Positions 8,150-16,173 of a stretch of 17,799 nt of DNA are shown piece by piece. The notes under the pieces were generated by a model. The model did no database searches, was not told where the DNA came from, and saw only the letters and a program-made list of their open reading frames with translations. The stretch's first letter is position 1. Every line of letters starts with the position of its first letter. The translations under genes and the position numbers were made by a program. Source of the stretch: Fidelibacterota bacterium (lineage in GTDB: Bacteria; Fidelibacterota; Fidelibacteria; Fidelibacterales; Fidelibacteraceae); contig JAYEOX010000037.1 of NCBI GenBank assembly GCA_034723415.1, forward strand, positions 1-17,799, in the 5' to 3' direction.

Positions 8150-10021
8150 TTACTCTTTTTCATTATTTGTTTTTTTCCCAAATTCAGGATCTATCGGTAA
8201 ATATTTAATTATAATAAATCCCGGAATTGTTGCTATAACTACCCATATAAAAAAGTGTTCATATCCAATAATTTCTTGGATCCATCCGCTTACCATTCCT
8301 GGGATCATCATTCCAAGTGCCATAAAACCTGTCGCTATTGCAAAATGAGCTGTTTTATATTTTCCTTCAGCTACTTGTATCATATACAACATATAGGCAG
8401 TGAAACCAAATCCATACCCAAATTGCTCAATACCTACACAAATATTCACAACGAGAAAACTATCCGGTTGCACTTGTGATAAAAATATATAGACAGCATT
8501 GGGCAAGTTTATTGCAATTGCCATCCACCAGATCCAATATTTTAAACCATTTTTCGCCGCTGCAAATCCACCAAGCAATCCGCCAACTGTCAATAATAAT
8601 ATTCCGACAGTTCCGTAAATAATTCCATATTCAGCAGTTGTCATCGCTAATCCGCCTGCCTCTTGCGCATCTAAAATAAATGGAGCAGCAAGTTTTACCA
8701 ATTGGGATTCACCTAATCGAAATAGTAATAAAAAGGCGATCGACAGACCAATTTTGTCCTTCTTAAAAAATTCAGCGAATGTTTTTAGAAAATCTATGAA
8801 AAAATCTTTCACATTTTTTTCTGTTCTAGCCGTTTCGATCTTTGGAATTGCAAATTTATGATAAATGAAAAATAATAGAAACAACCCACCCATTACTGCA
8901 AAGGTAACAATCCAAGATAATCTTACATTTCCGGAAGTTGCGACAAAAGTGGTATTAACTTTATTATCCAATTTGGAATCCAATTTTATTACAGCCATTC
9001 TCGGTTTATACCAATCATTTTTATTAAACTTAAATCTCGATCCGGCAATTAAAGAAATATTTTTATTACCTCTATCTCTCCCAAAATTCACAATGATTTC
9101 TTCATCTTCTACAGGAGCTTTTGATAAATGAAATTTTAACAACCCAATATTTCCTGATTGTTCTTTTATTTCCTTCTCTTTTTTGCCAAAATTATTTCTT
9201 AAAAATTTTTCTAAAGGGGTAGTAATAATTTTGCTCCATAAAGATTGTCGTTCGTTTTCAATTTCATCTTCGTTATTAATATTTTCATCATCCAGATTCT
9301 CAAATTGCTTATTCCAATCATTTACAGAATTTACAATTGAATCAATATACTTTTTTTCACGAGTAACGATTGGAATGGCCAAATTTTCCGGTTCACAAAC
9401 AATTCTTAAATCACCTTCTTTTGCTGTAACATCGTTCACTTGATCAATCATGATCTCATGTTGTACGCCATTATTTAACTCAGCAGCAACATTGATATCA
9501 ACACTATCTAAACCACTTTGACTCTCAATTAATCCTGCGAGAATTATTATTAATCCTTGACCGGTTATCATTGCAAACCTGTAAAATGTGCTTCTAACTC
9601 CGACAAACCATGCCTGCTTATGTTTAGATAAACCTATCATATAAAATCCATCTGCAGCAATATCATGAGTAGCCGAACTAAAAGCCATTAACCAGAATAT
9701 ACCAATAGTAATTTTAAAGAAATTCGGCGCCGGAATAGTTAAAGCAACTCCACCCAATCCTGCTCCTACAAGTAATTGCATTGTCAAAATCCAAAATCGT
9801 TTTGTTCGTAAAATATCAACTAACGGACTCCAAAATGGCTTTATCACCCAAGGCAAATATAACCAACTCGTATATAAAGCTATATCTGCATTCGAAATTC
9901 CCATTCTTTTATAAAATACAACAGATGCATACATTACTAACGCATAAGGAATTCCTTCTGCATAATATAACGATGGTACCCACCACCAAGGTGAACGATT
10001 TGCCTTCTTTTCAATACTCAT
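8150..10021 (-). CDS. ampG: AmpG-like MFS permease (muropeptide transporter family) with a large inserted hydrophilic domain
   Basis: PWWWVPSLYYAEGIP, LYLPWVIKPFWSP, SATHDIAADGFY, VRSTFYR, EQFGYGFGFTAYM, TAHFAIATGFMALGMMIPG. 623 aa because of a ~194-aa soluble insert. Confidence 0.8.
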   Translation of the reverse strand: MSIEKKANRSPWWWVPSLYYAEGIPYALVMYASVVFYKRMGISNADIALYTSWLYLPWVIKPFWSPLVDILRTKRFWILTMQLLVGAGLGGVALTIPAPNFFKITIGIFWLMAFSSATHDIAADGFYMIGLSKHKQAWFVGVRSTFYRFAMITGQGLIIILAGLIESQSGLDSVDINVAAELNNGVQHEIMIDQVNDVTAKEGDLRIVCEPENLAIPIVTREKKYIDSIVNSVNDWNKQFENLDDENINNEDEIENERQSLWSKIITTPLEKFLRNNFGKKEKEIKEQSGNIGLLKFHLSKAPVEDEEIIVNFGRDRGNKNISLIAGSRFKFNKNDWYKPRMAVIKLDSKLDNKVNTTFVATSGNVRLSWIVTFAVMGGLFLLFFIYHKFAIPKIETARTEKNVKDFFIDFLKTFAEFFKKDKIGLSIAFLLLFRLGESQLVKLAAPFILDAQEAGGLAMTTAEYGIIYGTVGILLLTVGGLLGGFAAAKNGLKYWIWWMAIAINLPNAVYIFLSQVQPDSFLVVNICVGIEQFGYGFGFTAYMLYMIQVAEGKYKTAHFAIATGFMALGMMIPGMVSGWIQEIIGYEHFFIWVVIATIPGFIIIKYLPIDPEFGKKTNNEKE

Positions 10022-10036
10022 AAAAAATCCCTTTTT

Positions 10037-11362
10037 TTAATTATATATCTTTTTGTAAACAGAATTAGGATAATAATGCAACAATATTTCTTCTACCGAA
10101 TATCCTTTTAATGACATTCCCAAAGCTCCGATCTGACACATTCCCGCTCCGTGTCCCCAGCCAGCTCCATTATAAATGAATTTATCTATCGTACCATAAC
10201 TATTTTTCTTATAGGTGATTACAATAGCAGAGCTAAACAAGAATTTCGGATGCAAAACTAGTCTAACATCGTAATCCTTATAAATTATCTTACTTTTAAT
10301 TTTATCATTAATATCTTTATATTCAACTTCCAATTCTAACATTCTTCCGGATCCTGCTCTCTTTTTTGGAATCAACTGTAGAACTTCTTTTACATTTAAA
10401 TCAAGTTTCTCATTGAGATTTTTTACTAATTCTTCTTGTGTAATTTCCTCTTCCCAACGATAATATTTTCCTTCTTCGTCAACATTTCCGAGATATTTTT
10501 TCAACTCACTTTCGTCAATTGTATGCGGGCTACAAAAAGCTTTCGGACTTGACAATATCCATTTTTTTGCATTCTCTTCTCTCGTTAAATCAATATCAAC
10601 ACTCGACTCTTTTGGCATATCCGGAATATTCTGCATATATGGAAGTGGAGTATTTTCCCAAAGATTTTCAAATTTTTCCATCATTCCACCACAGGATTTT
10701 GAATATCTTGCATCACAGATTTTATTATCATACATTATGACTTTTCCACGAGTGTTTTCTGTGCCTTTTTTTGAATGTTCTGTCAGATTATTCATGCCTT
10801 GATATCGCTGACAACAATCATCATTGCAAACATCAATTCCAAGTTCGATATGTTTCTTTTCTACATTTGCAAGCATCCACGAACGAGCTACAACTGTTTG
10901 TGCTTCGATAAGTGCCGTTGGACATTTCGCTCCCATTTCAGAAGTTGCTACACACATTAAATAATCTTCCAATGGCAATTCGTTAACTAACAATAAATTC
11001 CCATCAGAAATGGTTATTTCAACTGTATCCGGCAATTTCACCTCGATCTGCTTCTTCCAATGAAACACTCTTCCCGCTATAACCGGTTTCACAACAACAT
11101 ACGCTTCTTCAATGAGCTTTTTAAATTTTATCTGATCGCAATTTTCATATTTATCCGTATCAATTTCACAAAACAATCTGTTTTCTTTAATATTTATATT
11201 TATCTCTTCTTTTTCTATAGTAGCTTTTTTTCCATCAATTTCTATTTTATAGCTACCTTTAATTGGAATATTTATTGATACTTTTTTCTGTTTATCTTCC
11301 GGTAGAATTATTCCTACTCTTATATTCGGTTCTTTATTGGGAATTGTATCTGGTTTTAACAT
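10037..11362 (-). CDS. SpoIID/LytB domain protein (lytic transglycosylase-like)
   Basis: VNELPLEDYLMCVATSEM, EAQTVVARS, DVCNDDCCQRYQG, YSKSCGG, GAGWGHGAGMCQIGA, EILLHYYP. No evident signal peptide. Confidence 0.88.
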   Translation of the reverse strand: MLKPDTIPNKEPNIRVGIILPEDKQKKVSINIPIKGSYKIEIDGKKATIEKEEININIKENRLFCEIDTDKYENCDQIKFKKLIEEAYVVVKPVIAGRVFHWKKQIEVKLPDTVEITISDGNLLLVNELPLEDYLMCVATSEMGAKCPTALIEAQTVVARSWMLANVEKKHIELGIDVCNDDCCQRYQGMNNLTEHSKKGTENTRGKVIMYDNKICDARYSKSCGGMMEKFENLWENTPLPYMQNIPDMPKESSVDIDLTREENAKKWILSSPKAFCSPHTIDESELKKYLGNVDEEGKYYRWEEEITQEELVKNLNEKLDLNVKEVLQLIPKKRAGSGRMLELEVEYKDINDKIKSKIIYKDYDVRLVLHPKFLFSSAIVITYKKNSYGTIDKFIYNGAGWGHGAGMCQIGALGMSLKGYSVEEILLHYYPNSVYKKIYN

Positions 11363-11499
11363 ATTTTATGACCTTAAAATTTTCTCTAATTTATTTTTTA
11401 GTTAATTTTTTGCTCAATATTTAATTTCTTTTCTTTCTGTTCTTGTTTCTTCTTTGCGACCTTCAGACGGATGAGAAATCTTTTCCTCTTTACTTTTCC

Positions 11500-12660
11500 T
11501 CATTTCGCATTCCGTAATTCCTCCCTGATTGAAAAAAACAATCTCCCTAATAATGCAGGAATATAAACATTTTTACTTGAGAATTCAATTGTTTCTTCTA
11601 CCAAATTAATTATTTTTTCATAAGAAAATTTTTGATAATAATTTGCAAATTTAGTCAATTCATTTAAAAGATAAGAATTTATAAGCAATTCATCAGATCC
11701 TTCAGCTGCAATAATTTGTGCATCTCGCAACCAAAATAGAATTAATTGTAGTTTATTAATAAATTCATTGTAATCAGTTTTCGCTAATTTACTATATTCA
11801 TTAACTAATTCTGTTAGATCTATCATTGTTGATGGTTTGTTACCAATTTTCGAGCCCATCATCAATCGCCAAAAATTCAATACTTTAGCATCTTCTTCAG
11901 AAAAATCTCTTGTCATCAACTCCTTCACCTTTCTCATATTACCATTACTAAGGCGAGCAATCCTATTTTTTGCAGAATCATCAATGTCTTTTTCATTTAA
12001 ATATTCAGCTATTTTCTCTTCCGGAATTGGATTGAATTTTATTACCTGACAGCGTGATCTTATTGTAGAAGGAATTATACTTAATTTTTCTGTAGTCAAC
12101 ACAAAAACCGTCTGTGACGGCGGTTCTTCAAGAATTTTCAAAATTGAATTAAATGCTTCTATTCCCAACTGTTCGGCTAAATTGATAATAATTACCCTCC
12201 AACCGAATTCTATTTTTGAATATAACAGATCTTTTTTTATCTTTCGAATATTACTTATCAATATTTGTTTCGCTCCCTGCATTTTCAAGCTGGAATATGG
12301 ATTTTCTTTCAAATTATTGATAATATCCTGATATTCTTCAAATTCTTCATTCGATAACCCGGCTAATGGATCGTCATCTTTTGGATTCTTACCACGAATT
12401 GTTGCAAATATTATTTGTAAATTCGGATGATTTATCTGTTTAATTTTTTTACATGAATTACATTCACCGCACGCTAAATTCTCTTTTGGATCTTCGCAAT
12501 TTAATGCAGCTGCAAAATTTAAAGCCATACTAATTTTTCCGCTTCCCGGAGGGCCTGCAAATAGATATCCTGTTGAGACCATTTCTCTTTCAATAAATTT
12601 AGTTAATTTGGAATATATCTTTTCCTGGCCGATCAGTTCAAATAATTTTTCTTTTTTCAT
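11500..12660 (-). CDS. holB: DNA polymerase III subunit delta'
   Basis: LFAGPPGSGK, LNC...ACGECNSCKKI, HPNL, AFNSILKILEEPP, STIRSRCQ; 386 aa; carries an insertion after HPNL. Confidence 0.9.
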   Translation of the reverse strand: MKKEKLFELIGQEKIYSKLTKFIEREMVSTGYLFAGPPGSGKISMALNFAAALNCEDPKENLACGECNSCKKIKQINHPNLQIIFATIRGKNPKDDDPLAGLSNEEFEEYQDIINNLKENPYSSLKMQGAKQILISNIRKIKKDLLYSKIEFGWRVIIINLAEQLGIEAFNSILKILEEPPSQTVFVLTTEKLSIIPSTIRSRCQVIKFNPIPEEKIAEYLNEKDIDDSAKNRIARLSNGNMRKVKELMTRDFSEEDAKVLNFWRLMMGSKIGNKPSTMIDLTELVNEYSKLAKTDYNEFINKLQLILFWLRDAQIIAAEGSDELLINSYLLNELTKFANYYQKFSYEKIINLVEETIEFSSKNVYIPALLGRLFFSIREELRNAK

Positions 12661-12678
12661 TTTTTATATGTGTTATTT

Positions 12679-14382
12679 CTACTTTTCCAATAATTCTTTT
12701 GCATTTTGCATCGTTACATTTGTGATATTTTTACCACTTAATAATGATGCAATTTCCTTGATCCTCTCTTCTTTATTTAATGACTTCACTTTTGTCATAG
12801 TTCGCTTGCCTTCAATAAATTTATCAACAAAAATGTGACTTTCGCCCAATGAAGCAATTTGTGGTAAATGTGTAATACACAAGACCTGATGAAATTTTGT
12901 CAATGATTCTATATGTTCGCCAACTATCCTACCGATTTTTCCGGAAACGCCGGAATCAATTTCATCAAATATTAAAGTTCCAATAGAGTCCGCACCGGCT
13001 AAGACCGTTTTGATTGCAAGCATAATTCGAGATATTTCTCCACCGGAAGCTACTTTAACTAATGGTTTGTAACTCTCGCCAACATTGGTTATTATCTGAA
13101 ATTCTATTTCATCAATTCCATTGTTTTTTGGAACGACTTTTTCGTTCTTAAATTTTATATATTTATCATTTGATGCGGTTTTATTTGAAAATTCAACTCT
13201 AAAATTACTATCTTTCATTCCCAATTGCAGTAATTTCTTTTTAATATCTTGAGAAAATTTTTCAGCAGTTTGTTCTCTCTGATCGTGAAGTTCAATTGCT
13301 GTTTTTTCCAATTTTTTTCTTATTAATTCTAATTTTTCCCTTGAGCTTTTTAAACGAGAATCGAAATCAGTTCCTTCGTTTATTTCCTGCTTGAGTAGTT
13401 CATAATAATCACAGAGTTCTTCATAACTTCTATTATATTTTCGCATCAGATAATTAATTCTTCCGACTCGATCTTGCAACCATTCAAATCTTTCATTATC
13501 ATGTGGAATATTATCACGATAAGATGCTAATGTTTGGCCGATTTCACCAATTGATATCAGTACCGAATCCATTTCTCTTAACAAGCTTTCATGAGAATTA
13601 TCAATTGAATTTATCTCTTTCAACTTATTATGCAGATCTTGGATTTCTGATAAAATTGATTCATCATTTTCATAAATATTAGTAGCAATATCATTTGATA
13701 ATTCAACCAGTTTTTGAGAATTTTCCAAAATATTCAATTCTTCAACCAAACTATTTAATTCATCTTTTTGCGGGTCGATCTTTTTTAACTCATTGTAATG
13801 AAAATTTTTCAACTCTAAAGCTTGTAAAAATGATTCTCTATTTTTCAATAAATTTACATATTCTTTATATTGTTTATTAAATTGAGTGTATATTTTTGAA
13901 TAATTATCTTTTTTGTTATCATTTGGTAAATAGTTATCTAAATATTCTAAATGATTTTTTGAGTTTAATATTCTTTGATTATCGTGTTGACCATGCATTT
14001 CAACTAAATTATTTCCTATTACTTTTAAACCTGAAATCGGCAATAACGCATCGTTAAAAAATGCTCTCGATTTACCGTTCTTAAATACTTCACGCCTAAT
14101 ATTTATCTCATCACCTTCAATAGGCAGATCGTATTTCTCAATAATTTCTTTTACCTCTTTACTTTTTGGAAATGCATCAAAATCGGCTTCAATTACCGCA
14201 TTATTTCCACTATTTCCTATCATAGTTGTATCGGCTCTATCACCTAAAGTCAAACCAAGTGCATCAATGATTATCGACTTTCCAGCTCCTGTCTCACCGG
14301 TAAAAAGTGTCAGTCCTTTATTAAATTTAATTTCCAATTCATTTATTATAACGAAATTATTTATTTTTAGATTTTTTAACAT
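12679..14382 (-). CDS. recN: DNA repair protein RecN
   Basis: FTGETGAGKSIIIDAL, HGQHDNQ, central coiled coil, KVASGGEISRIMLA, IFDEIDSGVSG, QVLCITHLPQIA. Confidence 0.96.
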   Translation of the reverse strand: MLKNLKINNFVIINELEIKFNKGLTLFTGETGAGKSIIIDALGLTLGDRADTTMIGNSGNNAVIEADFDAFPKSKEVKEIIEKYDLPIEGDEINIRREVFKNGKSRAFFNDALLPISGLKVIGNNLVEMHGQHDNQRILNSKNHLEYLDNYLPNDNKKDNYSKIYTQFNKQYKEYVNLLKNRESFLQALELKNFHYNELKKIDPQKDELNSLVEELNILENSQKLVELSNDIATNIYENDESILSEIQDLHNKLKEINSIDNSHESLLREMDSVLISIGEIGQTLASYRDNIPHDNERFEWLQDRVGRINYLMRKYNRSYEELCDYYELLKQEINEGTDFDSRLKSSREKLELIRKKLEKTAIELHDQREQTAEKFSQDIKKKLLQLGMKDSNFRVEFSNKTASNDKYIKFKNEKVVPKNNGIDEIEFQIITNVGESYKPLVKVASGGEISRIMLAIKTVLAGADSIGTLIFDEIDSGVSGKIGRIVGEHIESLTKFHQVLCITHLPQIASLGESHIFVDKFIEGKRTMTKVKSLNKEERIKEIASLLSGKNITNVTMQNAKELLEK

Positions 14383-14453
14383 GTTTTAATAATAATGAAA
14401 ATTAGAAAAAATTCCAATTAATTATTTAATAAAGATTACATTTACTATAATAA

Positions 14454-14693
14454 ATAACCATCTCATCGTTTCAGGATTAATTTTTACCTTTTAATTCTAT
14501 AATTTTTACGATCATTTCATCACTTCGGAATTTTTCAACTTTTTAGTTTTCTTGTTTTATATTGATTTCATCACTTCAAAAAATTATATATTCATTTATT
14601 CGCACAACATTCATTTCAAACCCAAAGAGTTGGTATTATTATAACATCTTCACATAAGTCACAAACCAAACCCTGAAAGGGTGATATAATTTA
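14454..14693. repeat. Degenerate REP-like cluster: three ~26-bp copies in one orientation and two inverted
   Basis: Forward copies at ~14454-14478, 14508-14533 and 14559-14585 (ATTTCATCACTTC exact at 14514 and 14565). Inverted copies at ~14618-14645 and 14668-14693 (AAACCCTGAAAGGGTGATATAAT). Spacing 50-54 bp. Confidence 0.55.
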
Positions 14694-14736
14694 CTAAATC
14701 CAATCAGATCAATTTGAATTAATAGTTTACCTCTTG

Positions 14737-14926
14737 CTTTCTGCCCTGTTGAAATATGCTCATACTTCGCATTTCACAGGGTAAACTTTCCGCTTTCTGC
14801 TTTCTACTTTTTTCTTTTTCCCATTTCCCGTTTCCCGTTTCCCGTTTTCCGTTTCCCGTCTTCCTTTTTCCTTTCTGCTTTTATCTTTTACCTTTTATCT
14901 TTTACCTTTTATCTTTTATTTTTTAT
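14737..14926. repeat. Pyrimidine-rich heptamer microsatellite (CTTTCTG / TTTCCCG / CTTTTAY blocks)
   Basis: Directly visible 7-nt periodic array in three successive sequence variants, interrupted at 14744-14785. Confidence 0.85.
14744..14785. mobile_element. Small hairpin element (42 bp) inserted in the heptamer array
   Basis: Inverted repeat CCCTGT(T)GAAAT (14744-14755) / ATTTCACAGGG (14771-14781) plus TAAA tail. Removing it rejoins CTTTCTG|CTTTCCG in register. Mobility is inferred. Confidence 0.45.
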
Positions 14927-15043
14927 CATGTTTCCCTTGTATTAAATTATTATTATAATTATACTTAAATATATATAAGTATTGAGGAAATATGGTTATT
15001 GTCAAAGATCCAATCAATTGTAAAATTAACGAATTAAAAAATA

Positions 15044-15790
15044 ATGACTAATGTTAGAGTAAATATTATAAAATTAACTCTTATTATGTATTTTATATGT
15101 TTTTGGAGTTGTAACGAAGGCAAAAATAGAATTAAACAAACAACTTTTGATAATGCTTTTCAAGAAGAAAGAAAACAGATGGTTGAAGAGCAGATAATGA
15201 AGCGTGGTATATCGGATTCGCTAATAATTGAAGCATTTCTTAATGTTCCGCGTCATAGATTTGTGCCAATAAAATATAGAAAAATGTCATATAAAGATCG
15301 TCCTTTGCCAATTGGTGAAGGTCAAACAATTTCTCAACCATATATCGTAGCTATTATGACACAAGTATTGAATTTATCAAAAACTGATAAGGTTTTAGAA
15401 ATCGGTACGGGTTCAGGTTATCAGGCTGCCATATTGGGCGAATTAAGTGATAGTGTTTATACGATTGAAATTATAGAATCCTTAGGGAACAGAGCAAATA
15501 AACTGTTGAGAGAAATGGGATATGACAATGTGAAAGTAAAGATCGGAGATGGTTATCAGGGCTGGAAAAAATATGCACCCTTTGATGCGATAATTGTTAC
15601 CTGTGCCCCGACAGAAATACCTAATGCTTTAAAGAATCAATTGAATGAAGGTGGAAGGATAATTATTCCTGTTGGTTCATTTTATCAAAATTTAGTTTAT
15701 TTAAGAAAAGTAGATAATAAGATCAAAAAGGAAAAAGTATTTCCCGTCAGATTCGTACCAATGGTGGATACCAGCGGAAAGAAATATTAA
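15044..15790 (+). CDS. pcm: Protein-L-isoaspartate(D-aspartate) O-methyltransferase with lipoprotein-like N-terminus
   Basis: VPRHRFV, PLPIGEGQTISQPYIVA, VLEIGTGSGYQAA, GDGYQGW, APFDAIIVT, QLNEGGRIIIPVG, VRFVPM. N-terminal hydrophobic stretch ending FWSC. Confidence 0.93.
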   Translation: MTNVRVNIIKLTLIMYFICFWSCNEGKNRIKQTTFDNAFQEERKQMVEEQIMKRGISDSLIIEAFLNVPRHRFVPIKYRKMSYKDRPLPIGEGQTISQPYIVAIMTQVLNLSKTDKVLEIGTGSGYQAAILGELSDSVYTIEIIESLGNRANKLLREMGYDNVKVKIGDGYQGWKKYAPFDAIIVTCAPTEIPNALKNQLNEGGRIIIPVGSFYQNLVYLRKVDNKIKKEKVFPVRFVPMVDTSGKKY

Positions 15791-15809
15791 ACATCTTATT
15801 TTGTGACAC

Positions 15810-15861
15810 AGATCAAATTATTTAATTTTTTCAAAAAAACATTTGACATTTGTAAATAATT
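15810..15861 (+). repeat. Direct repeat copy 1 (52 bp) containing a TTGACA -35 box
   Basis: AGATCAAATTATTTAATTTTTTCAAAAAAACATTTGACATTTGTAAATAATT, 50/52 identical to 16565-16616. Confidence 0.92.
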
Positions 15862-15870
15862 TTTTATTTT
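15843..15870 (+). promoter_or_regulatory. Candidate sigma70-like promoter for the TA operon
   Basis: TTGACA 15843-15848, 16 nt, TATTTT 15865-15870. SD AGGAG lies upstream of ATG 15946. Confidence 0.45.
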
Positions 15871-15945
15871 TAATGATATAAAGAAGATGTTATAATAATT
15901 AAACAAAAAATATAGCAATTAAAACACTGAAAATAGGAGTAATAT

Positions 15946-16173
15946 ATGTTAAATGCAAACGAACTTATATCCGTAGCGGAATCATTACCGTTAGAGTTAA
16001 AAACAGAACTATTAGAACGACTTTTGTACAGTTTGAATCCTTCTCAGAAGAAAATTGATGAATTGTGGGCAAAAGAAGCAGAAAAAAGAGTTGAAGAGCT
16101 AAAAACAGGTAAAGTAAAAGCAATTCCCGGAGAAAAGGTTTTCAAAGAAATTCGTGAAATATTGTCAAAATGA
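15946..16173 (+). CDS. Putative addiction module antitoxin (TIGR02574 / unstable antitoxin-like)
   Basis: 75 aa with pattern LP.E.K..L.E.L..SL...IDELWAKEAEKRV.E..TGKVKAIPGE.VF; strong SD; directly upstream of a RelE/ParE toxin. Confidence 0.85.
   Translation: MLNANELISVAESLPLELKTELLERLLYSLNPSQKKIDELWAKEAEKRVEELKTGKVKAIPGEKVFKEIREILSK

Noticed and set aside
792..13880. Short plus-strand ORFs (792, 1137, 2224, 5102, 6372, 6690, 6912, 8091, 8255, 8865, 9183, 9781, 10519, 10775, 11060, 11837, 12608, 13695)
   Set aside because: All lie wholly or mostly antisense to well-supported genes and show the F/S/I/L-rich composition of shadow frames.
14454..14693. CRISPR array
   Set aside because: Copies are degenerate, switch orientation, and no cas genes are present; REP-like fits better.
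14756..14968. 70-aa hydrophobic ORF (FPFPVSRFPFPV...)
   Set aside because: Simply the translation of the heptamer microsatellite; no SD.
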